This document shows, one piece after another, positions 39,694 through 49,681 of a stretch of 64,000 nucleotides of DNA; position 1 is the first letter of the stretch, and each line of letters begins with the position of its first letter. The position numbers and the translations under genes are program-made. A model generated the notes under the pieces. It saw only the letters and a program-made list of their open reading frames with translations, searched no databases and had not been told where the DNA came from. The DNA is taken from positions 64,001 through 128,000 of the forward strand of contig CBDAFS010000015.1 in NCBI GenBank assembly GCA_965195285.1, in the 5' to 3' direction. This DNA comes from an uncultured Aminicenantes bacterium. Its GTDB lineage: Bacteria; Acidobacteriota; Aminicenantia; UBA2199.

Positions 39694-41247
39694 ATGAAGA
39701 TAAAAACCAGAAGGAAAAAGAAAGATAAAAAAATGCTAAGGCGCTTTCTGAATTTTGTGGAAAAAGCTGGTAATCGGCTTCCCCATCCTGGAACTCTGTT
39801 TGCCTTATTTGCAGTTGGTGTTATTCTGGCTTCCGAAATTGCTGTTCAGTTGAATCTATCTGTGATCCATCCCGGTACCAAAGAAATTGTCATGCCTTTC
39901 AGCCTTCTCTCCATCAAGGGGCTTCACTTGATTCTCACCAAAATGGTGGATAATTTTACCAGTTTTGCTCCGCTGGGAACTGTTTTGGTGGCCATGCTGG
40001 GGATTGGTCTGGCCGAAAAAACCGGATTAATAGGAGCCGCTTTAAAAAAATTGGTACTATCGGCCCCATCTCATTTACTCACCTTTGTGATTATTTTTGC
40101 AGGGGTAATGTCCAATATTGCCAGCGGGGTAGGATATGTATTACTGGTGCCTTTGGCTGCCATTATATTTAAGTCGGTGGGTAGGAATCCGCTGGCAGGG
40201 ATTGCCGCTGCATTTGCAGGTGTTTCCGGAGGATACAGCGCCAATCTACTGTTGGGTACCATTGATCCATTACTGGCAGGAATTTCTCAGGAGGCGGCTC
40301 AAATTGTAGACCCAATGTATCAGGTTAATCCTGCATGCAATTATTTTTTTATGGTTGTATCCTCTTTTATCATTGCCGGTGTCGGAACCTGGGTGACAGA
40401 AAAAGTTATAGAGCCTCGTTTGGGAAAATCAGGGTCTTTCAAAGTTAAAAAGAATGCCAAGGAAGAAATGGCAGTATTAACTCCTGAGGAGAGTAGGGGG
40501 TTGAGATTCACACTGTTGACATTAATTTTTATCGTCGGGATTTTACTCTGGGGGATATTGCCATCAAACGGTTTTTTAAGGGATGCAGATACAGGCGGGC
40601 TCTTGAAATCACCTTTCCTATCTGGCATTGTGGCCCTAATCTTTCTTATTTCCCTTGTGTTAAGCATTGCCTATGGCATCGGAGCCCGAACCCTGAAAAA
40701 TGATAAAGAGATCATGAAGGGTATGGCCCAGTCCATGTCTACCATGGGTACTTACATCGTACTGGTTTTTTTTGCCGCCCAATTTGTTGCCTTCTTTGAC
40801 TGGTCCAACATTGGCATCATAGTCGCGGTTAAAGGGGCAGGCTTTTTGGAATCTTCCGGAATGAAGGGAATCCTTTTAATGTTACTGTTTGTGTTGATTG
40901 CAGCCTTAATCAATCTGGTGATGGGCAGTGCTTCTGCCAAATGGGCTATCATGGCACCGGTGTTCATCCCAATGTTTATGATTCTGGGATATTCTCCGGA
41001 GTTTGTTCAGGTTGTTTATCGGATCGGAGACAGTGTCAGTAATATCATTTCTCCGATGATGGCCTACTTTGCACTCATTGTTGCTTTTGTGGAAAAATAT
41101 GATAAAAGAGCGGGAATCGGTTCGGTTATTGCATTGATGCTTCCTTATACCATTGCTTTCTTGGTGGTCTGGTCAGTTTTATTAGTTATATGGATGCTGC
41201 TGGGAATACCTGTGGGTCCCGGTGCACCCATCCATTTGGCAACATGA
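39694..41247 (+). CDS. abgT: AbgT-family transporter (p-aminobenzoyl-glutamate transporter-like)
   Basis: [32 protein letters not shown] and RIGDS. Confidence 0.9.
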   Translation: MKIKTRRKKKDKKMLRRFLNFVEKAGNRLPHPGTLFALFAVGVILASEIAVQLNLSVIHPGTKEIVMPFSLLSIKGLHLILTKMVDNFTSFAPLGTVLVAMLGIGLAEKTGLIGAALKKLVLSAPSHLLTFVIIFAGVMSNIASGVGYVLLVPLAAIIFKSVGRNPLAGIAAAFAGVSGGYSANLLLGTIDPLLAGISQEAAQIVDPMYQVNPACNYFFMVVSSFIIAGVGTWVTEKVIEPRLGKSGSFKVKKNAKEEMAVLTPEESRGLRFTLLTLIFIVGILLWGILPSNGFLRDADTGGLLKSPFLSGIVALIFLISLVLSIAYGIGARTLKNDKEIMKGMAQSMSTMGTYIVLVFFAAQFVAFFDWSNIGIIVAVKGAGFLESSGMKGILLMLLFVLIAALINLVMGSASAKWAIMAPVFIPMFMILGYSPEFVQVVYRIGDSVSNIISPMMAYFALIVAFVEKYDKRAGIGSVIALMLPYTIAFLVVWSVLLVIWMLLGIPVGPGAPIHLAT

Positions 41248-41357
41248 CTATTCCATAATCTGACCGGTCATGAGAGGTAAAAATCAGGGCTATGATGACC
41301 AAAGATCTTGTCGAAATCAAAAAAAAGACAGAAACCATGCACCCGGATATTCGATCT

Positions 41358-43037
41358 TTAACGGTTTTTTAATTTTTTCTTTTTTTTTCTACTGGTTTTT
41401 CCCTTCTGGGAGAGGGAGTGTTTTTTGATATCCTCTTTGGGAGAGGCAATCCTGATGGATGCCCCCCCGACAATCTTGTCAAAGGATTTGAGTATCAAAT
41501 CCGTATATTTTTTTTCCACTTCCACAAAGGAAAAAGAATTGAAAATATCTATTTTGCCGATATCTACCTGCCGGTCTCCGGTAACATCGATCATCATGCC
41601 GATCAGAGCCTGAGGAAGGACATTATCCTTTTTGCCAAGTCTGATAAAAAAGCGGGTCATATCAGATCGTTGAAAATCCGTTGCCTTTTTTTTCCGGTCA
41701 TCTTTTTTTAGTGGTTCGTTCAGATCCACTGTGTCCTTGTAGTATGATAAAAATCGGTTAAATTCCAGAGCAACGAATTGTTTGATCAGCTGTTCTTTGT
41801 TCAGCCATTCAAGTTTTTTATATATCACTGTTAAATATGGGTCGATTTGCGAGTCGTCCACTTCCACCTGCTCCATTTTATTAATAAGGCTAAAGAGTTG
41901 TTTTTCACAGATGGCCTGGCCATTGGGGATGGGAGCATATTCAAATTTTTTATTGATTAGTTTTTCGATTTGTTTGATTTTAAATTTCTCTTTTTGATGA
42001 ATGATGACAATGGATATGCCTCTCTTGCCCGCACGCCCGGTTCTACCGCTCCTGTGGGTATATACCAGCAGTTCGTCAGGAAGGTTGTAGTTGATTACAT
42101 GGCTTAAATCTTCCACATCTAACCCCCGGGCTGCTACATCGGTGGCCACCAGGATTTGAAGGGTTTTTTGCCGGAACCGGTGCATTACATAATCCCGTTG
42201 AGCCTGGGAGAGGTCGCCATGCAGGGCATCGGCATTGTATCCGTCCTTAATCAACTGATCAGCCACCTCCTTGGTTTCGATGCGGGTGCGGCAGAATACG
42301 ATACCATAAATATCAGGATTATGGTCCACGATCCGTTTTAATGCCAGGTAGCGGTTTTTTGCCTGAACCATATAGTATATGTGAGAAACATGCTCGGCAC
42401 CGACGTTCCTCTGGCCAATGGTTATTTCAATGGCCTCTTTCATATGGGTGCCGGCCAGTTCAACCACATCCCGCGGCATGGTGGCTGAGAAAAGGTAAGT
42501 GTGTTTGTTTTTAGAGGTTTTTTCCAGAATAGCGGTAAGATCCTCTTTGAATCCCATTTTCAACATTTCGTCAGCTTCATCCAGCACCAGGGAATCGATA
42601 ACTGAAATATCAACTTTTTTCCGGTTCATTAGATCCAGCAGCCGGCCCGGAGTGGCCACAATAATTTGCGGCCCTTTTTTTAACCGTCTGATCTGTTCTT
42701 CGATGTTGGCTCCACCGTAGATGGCCAGGATATGGATTTTTTTCAGGTAGCGGGCATAATCGATTAAATCCCCGGTCACCTGCACACACAACTCCCGGGT
42801 GGGACAGAGGATTAGTTTTTTTACCCTCTTTTCTCTCTCATCTGTCTTCTGAATTAAGGGCAGGCCAAAGGCAGCGGTTTTTCCGGTGCCGGTCTGAGCC
42901 AGTCCCACCAGGTCTCCCTGCCGCTCCAGTATGATGGGAATCACCTTGGATTGAATGGGCATAGGTTCCTTAAAGCCGAGGTCCTCTATGCTGTCCAGTA
43001 AAGGTTGGCATATACCCATTTCTTTAAATTTATTCAT
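41358..43037 (-). CDS. deaD: DEAD-box RNA helicase with C-terminal DbpA-type RNA-binding domain (DeaD/CsdA-like)
   Basis: AQTGTGKT, PTREL, LDEADE, SAT, ARGLD and HRSGRTGRAG. Confidence 0.9.
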   Translation of the reverse strand: MNKFKEMGICQPLLDSIEDLGFKEPMPIQSKVIPIILERQGDLVGLAQTGTGKTAAFGLPLIQKTDEREKRVKKLILCPTRELCVQVTGDLIDYARYLKKIHILAIYGGANIEEQIRRLKKGPQIIVATPGRLLDLMNRKKVDISVIDSLVLDEADEMLKMGFKEDLTAILEKTSKNKHTYLFSATMPRDVVELAGTHMKEAIEITIGQRNVGAEHVSHIYYMVQAKNRYLALKRIVDHNPDIYGIVFCRTRIETKEVADQLIKDGYNADALHGDLSQAQRDYVMHRFRQKTLQILVATDVAARGLDVEDLSHVINYNLPDELLVYTHRSGRTGRAGKRGISIVIIHQKEKFKIKQIEKLINKKFEYAPIPNGQAICEKQLFSLINKMEQVEVDDSQIDPYLTVIYKKLEWLNKEQLIKQFVALEFNRFLSYYKDTVDLNEPLKKDDRKKKATDFQRSDMTRFFIRLGKKDNVLPQALIGMMIDVTGDRQVDIGKIDIFNSFSFVEVEKKYTDLILKSFDKIVGGASIRIASPKEDIKKHSLSQKGKTSRKKKKKLKNR

Positions 43038-43308
43038 ATTTACACTTCCTGTTAAATCTCATTTAGAAAAAATATGGTAAAATCGATAAACCGGGAAATT
43101 AATATTTCTCCTACCTTATGAAAAGTAAAATGTTTTATAAATCAATTGGGTTACTATTTTCCAAACTATATTATATCCAAAAAATCAATTTTCATCAAGA
43201 TAAAAAAATGACCCCTAAAAGAATCGAATCTTTATTTCTCTTTTATGTAAAAAAAAGAGAACCAAGCGAATTTCAATACTTCAAAAGACCGTCCCTTTTC
43301 ATCTCTAT

Positions 43309-43337
43309 TTGACAATCTCAATGTTATTAGCTAAACT
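43309..43337 (+). promoter_or_regulatory. sigma70 promoter of the metal uptake operon
   Basis: TTGACA, 17 bp, TAAACT. The spacer holds AATGTTAT, a possible Zur/Fur-like half site (weak). Confidence 0.6.
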
Positions 43338-43372
43338 TTGCCCTCATCACTTTGTTAAATGGAGGACAGTTA

Positions 43373-44587
43373 ATGATGAAAAAAATCCTTGTTGTATTAA
43401 TAATAATACCAATAACAATCAGCACTCTTTATACCCAGAGCCAAAAGATATCATCACCTTTTTCACAGGCCAAATTTGTACCTAACATTTCTGCTATCCT
43501 TGATTTTTCATATATTTACACAGATATTGATGATATGGAATTCGGCAGAATGTATTTGCCAGGATATTCAACCATTACTGACGATTATAATTATGGATTG
43601 AATGGCTTTTCCTTCACCTATTTTGAGCTGGCCCTTGAATCGGTTGTGGATCCTTATTTTGATCTTTTTGCGGTTTTTCAATTTGCAATCGGTGAATTTT
43701 CAATAGAGGAAGCCTTTTTTAGAACCAGGAGCCTTCCGGCAGGTTTTCAAATCAAAGGGGGAAAATTTTTCAGTGGTTTGGGAAGACTAAATTCCCAGCA
43801 TGATCACAGATGGAATTTTTGTGACCAGCCCCTCATCTATAAATCAATTTTTGGAGCCATCAATCTTAATGACCTGGGTATTCAGTTGAATTGGGTAGCC
43901 CCAACTGATTTGTTTTTAAAGTTGGGTCTCGAGGTATTCCAAGGGCAAAACCAGGAATCTTATTCGTTTCATAACGAAGATATGTTCATCGGTGATATCC
44001 TATATGAAAAATCACCTGTTCCCCTGTTTGTCACCTTTCTTAAAACTTCCACAGATATTGGAAATTTTGTTTTTCTTGGAGGTATAGCTTATGTAAATGG
44101 AAAGATTAATAAGTCCTATGATGATGCCGGATATGGGTTGTCTGGGACCAGTCAGGTTTTGGGAATTGATTTCACTGTTAAATATTTAATAGATTCATAT
44201 CGTTATCTTAATTTACAGAGTGAATTTTTTTATCGACATATAAAAGGAGACAGAGTTACCGGGGCAGATACCCAAAATATAAAAAAAAGCCATCAGGGAT
44301 TCTATACAGAACTTATCTGGCGCTACAACCGGAGATGCCGGTGTGGAATAAGGTATGATCTGGTAAAGGGAGGCGATAATTTATACCTGGATGAAAACAG
44401 TATTATTACAGGGGATCTGAATAAATATTCAGCCATGATTGAATTTAATGCCACTGAGTTTTCAAGAATTAGGATTCAGTATAATTACAGTAAAGCCAAG
44501 GTGTTGGATAATGAATTAAAGACATTTTCTGAAATATTCATCAACTGTAATTTTGCTATTGGTGCCCATGGTGCCCACACATTTTAA
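43373..44587 (+). CDS. Outer-membrane beta-barrel protein associated with Zn/Mn uptake
   Basis: Signal peptide, VDPYF, EEAF, GRLNSQHDH.W.F.DQP and EFSRIRIQY. C-terminus GAHGAHTF. Confidence 0.7.
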   Translation: MMKKILVVLIIIPITISTLYTQSQKISSPFSQAKFVPNISAILDFSYIYTDIDDMEFGRMYLPGYSTITDDYNYGLNGFSFTYFELALESVVDPYFDLFAVFQFAIGEFSIEEAFFRTRSLPAGFQIKGGKFFSGLGRLNSQHDHRWNFCDQPLIYKSIFGAINLNDLGIQLNWVAPTDLFLKLGLEVFQGQNQESYSFHNEDMFIGDILYEKSPVPLFVTFLKTSTDIGNFVFLGGIAYVNGKINKSYDDAGYGLSGTSQVLGIDFTVKYLIDSYRYLNLQSEFFYRHIKGDRVTGADTQNIKKSHQGFYTELIWRYNRRCRCGIRYDLVKGGDNLYLDENSIITGDLNKYSAMIEFNATEFSRIRIQYNYSKAKVLDNELKTFSEIFINCNFAIGAHGAHTF

Positions 44588-44603
44588 ATTGAGGAGTTGA
44601 CCT

Positions 44604-45491
44604 ATGAAAAAGACAGTTATCATATTGATATGTTTTTTATTTTCTTTTAGCCTGTTTTCTAAGTTAAGGGTGGTTACTACTTATCCCTATATGAAAGATA
44701 TCACCGATCGAATTGGAAAAGATAAGGTTAATGTTATTGCCCTATCTCCGGGCAACTGGGATCCCCATGTTATCATACCCAAACCCTCACTGATTGCTCA
44801 GGTCAGAAGAGCTGATCTATTGATCATTAATGGTGGACAACTGGAAATCGGATGGATCCCCCCGGTAATCAGACAGGCAAATAATGCCAAGGTCTTGCCA
44901 TCCAAAAAAGGTTTTTTAGATCTCTCAAATTTTGTCAAGATGATCCAGGTGCCGGATAGTGTCTCAAGGGAACAGGGTGATATTCATCCAGCGGGAAATC
45001 CCCATTATCATCTGGATCCCCATAATATTCCTCTTTTGATAGATGCAATTGCCGACAAGCTGATTGACCTGGACCCTGATAATATGGAATATTACAATAA
45101 AAATAAAGAAGAATTCCTCAATTTATGGAAAATAAAGATTGTTGAATGGGAGAAAAAATTGGCCCCGTTGAAGGGGACGAAATACCTTGAGTTTCACAAA
45201 AATTTTGATTATTTCTTACAAAGATTTGGCCTGATTGTTATAGACACTATTGAACCTTTGCCCGGGATACCGCCCACCTCTAGGCACACGATTGATCTGA
45301 TTAAAAAGTTAAAAACCGAAAAAGTGGCTAAAATTTTACATGATGTCTATCACTCATCCAAATGCACCAAATTAATCTCTAAAAAAACCAGTGTCCCCTG
45401 GGTTATCATCCCGCATGATGTTTTGGCCATTAATAAAGTTAAAGATCTCTTTTCATTATATGATGAAATAGTTGATAGGCTGATCAAATGA
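44604..45491 (+). CDS. Zn/Mn ABC-type substrate-binding protein (ZnuA/TroA family)
   Basis: VVTT, DPH, GQLEIGW, GDIHPAGNPHYHLDP and PGIPP. Confidence 0.9.
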   Translation: MKKTVIILICFLFSFSLFSKLRVVTTYPYMKDITDRIGKDKVNVIALSPGNWDPHVIIPKPSLIAQVRRADLLIINGGQLEIGWIPPVIRQANNAKVLPSKKGFLDLSNFVKMIQVPDSVSREQGDIHPAGNPHYHLDPHNIPLLIDAIADKLIDLDPDNMEYYNKNKEEFLNLWKIKIVEWEKKLAPLKGTKYLEFHKNFDYFLQRFGLIVIDTIEPLPGIPPTSRHTIDLIKKLKTEKVAKILHDVYHSSKCTKLISKKTSVPWVIIPHDVLAINKVKDLFSLYDEIVDRLIK

Positions 45492-46237
45492 TTGAAATTT
45501 TGGATATCTTGGCCCCCGCCTTTTTGCTATCCATTGTTTTACTCGGTATTCACTCCTATTTCGGACTGGAAATAATCAAACGCGGTATCATTTTTACTGA
45601 TCTGGCCATTGGACAGATGGCGGCATTGGGGACGGCTGTATCACTTTTGATATGGGAAACTGAATATTATATGGTGTCGCTGGTTTTTGCACTCACAGGA
45701 GCCCTGCTGATCGCTTATGCCTCCAAAAGGGTCAAAAACTTGGAGGCTTATATCGGACTGCTATATGCTTTTGCTGTCTCGTCTGTGGTTATCCTGCTTT
45801 CCCATTCTGCTCATGGAATGGAAAAATTCCACGAGCTAATGGCTGCTGATATACTTTTTACTCCCATAAATGAAGTTTACAAAACGGCTGTTTTTTATGC
45901 ATTGCTGGGAATAGGCATCTATTATGCTATGAAAAAAACCACTGGATTCATAAGAGATATACTCTTTTTTGTCACCTTTGCGGTCACCGTAACCAGTTCG
46001 GTAAAACTGGCGGGCGTACTGGTTATTTTCGCCATTCTGATTTCACCGGCACTCATTGCCACTATATTAAAGGCCAAAAGGCCGATTTTTTTTGCATGGG
46101 GTATTGGATTGATTATTAACCTTATTTCAATTTCAGTTTCTTATTTAATAGATCTCCCTACTGGTTATACCCTGGTATTTTTCCATGCGCTGTGCTCAAT
46201 TATTGTCTGTCTGATAAAACCAACAACAAGCGATTGA
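45488..46237 (+). CDS. Zn/Mn ABC-type permease (ZnuB/ABC-3 family)
   Basis: RGIIFTDLAIGQMAALG, EAYIG and SSVKLAGVLVIF..LI.PA. Confidence 0.85.
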   Translation: MIEILDILAPAFLLSIVLLGIHSYFGLEIIKRGIIFTDLAIGQMAALGTAVSLLIWETEYYMVSLVFALTGALLIAYASKRVKNLEAYIGLLYAFAVSSVVILLSHSAHGMEKFHELMAADILFTPINEVYKTAVFYALLGIGIYYAMKKTTGFIRDILFFVTFAVTVTSSVKLAGVLVIFAILISPALIATILKAKRPIFFAWGIGLIINLISISVSYLIDLPTGYTLVFFHALCSIIVCLIKPTTSD

Positions 46238-46277
46238 CTGTTCTGAATATTTAAGTTATGAATTTATCTTTGTTTGA

Positions 46278-46850
46278 TTAACGTTGCCAAAAAGGAGAGT
46301 ATCTGGTGTTGTTTCTCAATCCCCTTCCTCTACCACGTCCATTGTAGAAGCTCATATTTCGACCCCTACCACGTGCACGTCCAAAGCCTCTACCATAACC
46401 CATACCATAACCTCTGCCAAAACCTGTACGGTAACCTCTACCCAGATTAATTCCCAGACAGGAGTCAGAAGGAAGTAATACAATCTGTTCAGTGGTTAGT
46501 ATGCCCAAGGTGTCAAGACGGTAATCCAATATCTTTTCTTGGAATTTCTGTTGCAGAGCAGAAATTTCTTTTTGTTTGGTTATGATAGCGGTATTGTCCG
46601 GAGGTGATTTGAAAAGTAAGGTTCGAAGTTCCAAAGACTTGGAGGTTAAGTGATTTTGGATTGGAATAATTTCTTTTGTGAAATTCAGCTGAAGATTTTC
46701 AAATTTTACTTTTTGTTCTGTGGTTAAATTCAACATTGAAGTATAGTTAGTCCAGGGGCACCATGGTGTCCAGCCGGGGGATTGGGCTGATAGAAAAGAA
46801 TATGATACCAGTATTAGAATGATGCTGAATAAAGTAAGCGACTTTTTCAT
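46278..46850 (-). CDS. Spy/CpxP-like periplasmic protein with Gly/Arg-rich tail
   Basis: Signal peptide, LNLTTEQ and ILTTEQ (LTxxQ) motifs, C-terminal GRGYG/GRG repeats. Confidence 0.75.
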   Translation of the reverse strand: MKKSLTLFSIILILVSYSFLSAQSPGWTPWCPWTNYTSMLNLTTEQKVKFENLQLNFTKEIIPIQNHLTSKSLELRTLLFKSPPDNTAIITKQKEISALQQKFQEKILDYRLDTLGILTTEQIVLLPSDSCLGINLGRGYRTGFGRGYGMGYGRGFGRARGRGRNMSFYNGRGRGRGLRNNTRYSPFWQR

Positions 46851-47022
46851 AATTAACTCCTTTATATTTTATTAGTCATGTTAGGTAATAGTTGCATTTA
46901 ATCTTCTATATATTAATACAGATGTTGGCTGTTTTTTCTTTCATTTTTTTTAAAAAAGGAAGGGATTATTTAAATAATCATTTGGGTTAACACTTTTTAT
47001 TTAAATGAAGATTAACGGTTGG

Positions 47023-47778
47023 TTATTGTGTCCGATTTCTTCTTTTGTGCCAAAATCCTCTGATTTCATGCTTTCTGCCATAACCACGGCCAAATAAAGG
47101 TCGAATTTCGCTGGCTATAAATTTGTTATCCCCTGTCTTATTTCCAATGAGCTTTATCTTTAACCCGATTTCCGGTCTACGTTTTCCTCGCCATAGCGTG
47201 TTTGAAATATCGATTTCCCAAACAATACCCTGCAAATCTTTGACATTTATTTCTTGCGAAGATACTAATTTTACAATTTCTCCGGCTAACAGTCCTTTTT
47301 GGGGAGACATCCACATTCTGTGCCTGCCAGAATTTATCATGCGATAAATCGGGATATTTTTTTGAAATACAGATTCGAGCCTTTCTGAAAAACCGGTTTG
47401 ATATAAGAGGAGTCCGCCAATAATTGAAAGTAAAATACTGGATAGAATTATGATTGTCGTGTTGATCCGATACCCTTTCTCTGTGCGTCTAAAATAGTAA
47501 TAAGCCACTACTAAAAAAAAGAATAAAAAAACAAACCAGAAATAGGGAAGTATTAAGATTACATAACCCAACAACGTATAATTCAGAAGATGATATAAAT
47601 CCCAGTCAACATGCTTTATTTGGAAAATAACCACACTGCTGGCAATAATTCCGAGCAGGATTGATAATCCAAACAGCGTCCAGGTAACTGATTTTTTCAA
47701 AATAAAATATTTTTTAGGATACGGTTTGAGTTTCTCTTTTTTGATTTTTTTGATGACATTTTTACTTATCTCAGTCAT
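47023..47778 (-). CDS. Putative membrane anti-sigma factor with periplasmic OB-fold-like domain
   Basis: Three TM segments, overlaps the ECF sigma stop (ATGA). Confidence 0.55.
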   Translation of the reverse strand: MTEISKNVIKKIKKEKLKPYPKKYFILKKSVTWTLFGLSILLGIIASSVVIFQIKHVDWDLYHLLNYTLLGYVILILPYFWFVFLFFFLVVAYYYFRRTEKGYRINTTIIILSSILLSIIGGLLLYQTGFSERLESVFQKNIPIYRMINSGRHRMWMSPQKGLLAGEIVKLVSSQEINVKDLQGIVWEIDISNTLWRGKRRPEIGLKIKLIGNKTGDNKFIASEIRPLFGRGYGRKHEIRGFWHKRRNRTQ

Positions 47779-48386
47779 TGTTCACCCTTTAACCAATAAT
47801 GTTTTATTAGTTTTTTAAATTTTGATTTTGCCCGGTTAATCAACGTGGCAACGGTTCCGGGAGGTTTTCGTAAAATATCGCTTATTTCGGTATATTTTTT
47901 ATCTTCAAGGTATCGAAGAACCAGTACTTCTCGATATTTATGGGGAAGTTTTGAGAGTAACTCTCTAATGTTGTCCGCTTTTTCTCTTGATATTAATGCC
48001 TGATAAGGATAGCTCTCATCATTAATAATGTGGGATAAGTTAATAATATCACTATGGTTGAGTTGCAAATGGGACTTGGGTAATCGGGATTCACTTTTTT
48101 TATAGAAATTTATTATTTCATTATGTGCAATACGGTAAATCCAACTGGAAAATTTTAACTTTTGATTGAATCCATTAAGATTACAATAAACTTTGATAAA
48201 AATGTCCTGTAAAATATCTTCTGATTCCGGATGGGTAATATCTGATATTCGATTAATATAACGCAATAATTTCCTTTCATACCTTTTGATCAAATAGTAA
48301 AAATATTTTTTATTTCTCAAAGAAAGTTGCACCAATTCTTCATCGGTCAGTTTTTCAATTTTTCTAACTGTTGAGTTTTCAGACAT
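47775..48386 (-). CDS. ECF RNA polymerase sigma factor
   Basis: DEELV, EDILQDIFIK, FSSWIYRIAHN and LP.KYREVLVLRY.....Y.EIS.IL..P.GTV...INRA. Confidence 0.92.
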   Translation of the reverse strand: MSENSTVRKIEKLTDEELVQLSLRNKKYFYYLIKRYERKLLRYINRISDITHPESEDILQDIFIKVYCNLNGFNQKLKFSSWIYRIAHNEIINFYKKSESRLPKSHLQLNHSDIINLSHIINDESYPYQALISREKADNIRELLSKLPHKYREVLVLRYLEDKKYTEISDILRKPPGTVATLINRAKSKFKKLIKHYWLKGEQ

Positions 48387-48401
48387 GAGTAAAACCAATT
48401 G

Positions 48402-48803
48402 TTATCCAGATTTCTCAGAAGTTGAATCAATGAGCTTTTCCAAGAGGCGGCGTTCTTTCTTAGTCGGTCGGCCGCTGCCTTTTCCTCTGGCAGCGAAAAT
48501 CAGACCCAGAGGGTTGTTTCTGGCCTGATCCAGTTTTTCAAGGTCGGCGACCGGGGTGATCTCCTCGACCAATTCGCGAGCCATGGCAGCCGAGACTCTT
48601 TTGACTGCAAGGTTCTTAACCAGGTATTGGCGCACGATCGGCGGCTGCTTGATGAATATGATTTCCCCGGCCCGGATCGGACGGGAGGGCTTGACCGCGC
48701 TTCCGGCAACCTGGACGCGACCGCCGCGGCAAACCCTGTTGGCCAGGCTCCTGGTCTTGAAAAGCCGCGCGGCCCACAACCATTGATCGATCCGAGTTGA
48801 CAT
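48402..48803 (-). CDS. hslR: Ribosome-associated heat shock protein Hsp15 (S4 domain)
   Basis: RIDQWLWAARLFKTRSLA, KPSR and GRPTKKERR. Confidence 0.92.
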   Translation of the reverse strand: MSTRIDQWLWAARLFKTRSLANRVCRGGRVQVAGSAVKPSRPIRAGEIIFIKQPPIVRQYLVKNLAVKRVSAAMARELVEEITPVADLEKLDQARNNPLGLIFAARGKGSGRPTKKERRLLEKLIDSTSEKSG

Positions 48804-48889
48804 TGTTCTTGCTTGTATTATATAACAAGGCAGGTGAAAAATAAACAGACTTGCTGCTTCGCAAAAGAAAAAGAAAAGAAGAAGAAGAA

Positions 48890-48941
48890 GGGGTCAGAAG
48901 AAGGGGTCAAGTCTTTAATCAGAAGGGGTCAAGTCTTTAAT
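48890..48941 (+). repeat. Three tandem AAGGGGTCA(AGTCTTTAAT) motifs downstream of the RAYT fragment
   Basis: GGGGTCAG at 48890 and GGGGTCAAGTCTTTAAT at 48903 and 48925. The inverted partner AAAGACTTGACCCC is at 49232-49245. Confidence 0.85.
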
Positions 48942-48972
48942 TCACGTTTCGTGATAAGCCTCATTATTTCAA

Positions 48973-49194
48973 TCACCTTATTCTCAACCGAGGAGTATTT
49001 ATTAACATATGATAATGGTTAGGTTTCAAAGCAAACGCATATATATTAACAGACCATAATTCTGATGCCTGGGAAAGCAAGTCAATAAAAGTTTGGTAAT
49101 CCTCATCATCTAAATAAATTATCTCCAATCTCCTTCCCCTGTTCATAACATGATACCAGGCTCCAGGATATTCAATTCTTAAAGGCCTGCTCAT
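48973..49194 (-). pseudogene. Truncated REP-associated tyrosine transposase (RAYT, HUH Y1 family)
   Basis: MSRPLRIEYPGAWYHVMNRG, then YAFALKPNHYHML (HUH), then a stop before the catalytic Tyr helix. Confidence 0.88.
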
Positions 49195-49516
49195 GACAAT
49201 ACAATATCATTATATTCTTGAAACGAAGTCCAAAGACTTGACCCCTTTATTTATTATGTGATACGATTAGCAGGTGCAAAAGAGTAATAAAGTAAGGCAC
49301 CGTCCCCGTAATTTAATTATTGATTGTAAACAGAGATTTGACTTTCTTAAATTGTTAAATTAGTATAGTTAGTAAAAGCATAGTCTTCCATTTAGAGCTC
49401 TATTTTGGAGAGAATGTCATTATGAGTACAATTTTTTCCTTAAAAAAATCGCGGAGGTGAACGATGGGGTTATTTTTTGATTTTAACAAAACATTTAATG
49501 AAATGGGTAGGGCATT

Positions 49517-49641
49517 TGTGCGTGGTCACCAGGTTTGAGACTTTTCTGGTCATGAGGTTTGAGACTTTATTAAAGTTAATATTTTCAGAAAAGTTTTAAA
49601 CCTTTTATCCCCAAAAGTTTAAAAACTGGTGTTCACGCACA
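49517..49641. mobile_element. 125-bp non-autonomous element with IS21-like ends
   Basis: Ends TGTGCGTG...CACGCACA. Each end carries two AG(G/T)TTT.A.ACTTT motifs at about 24-bp period. No ORF and no clear target duplication. Confidence 0.55.
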
Positions 49642-49681
49642 ACAACATAAAGAAAATATTATGGATCTGTAAATTAAAAAA

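Noticed and set aside
43118-43312. 64-aa ORF upstream of the metal uptake operon
   Set aside because: Low-complexity AT-rich sequence that overlaps the promoter region and has no RBS.
48890-48941. CRISPR array
   Set aside because: The repeats are adjacent with no unique spacers.
49523-49568. CRISPR mini-array (GTTTGAGAC-containing repeats)
   Set aside because: Only two copies with a 2-bp gap, no spacer and no cas genes. Better explained as reiterated IS-end motifs.
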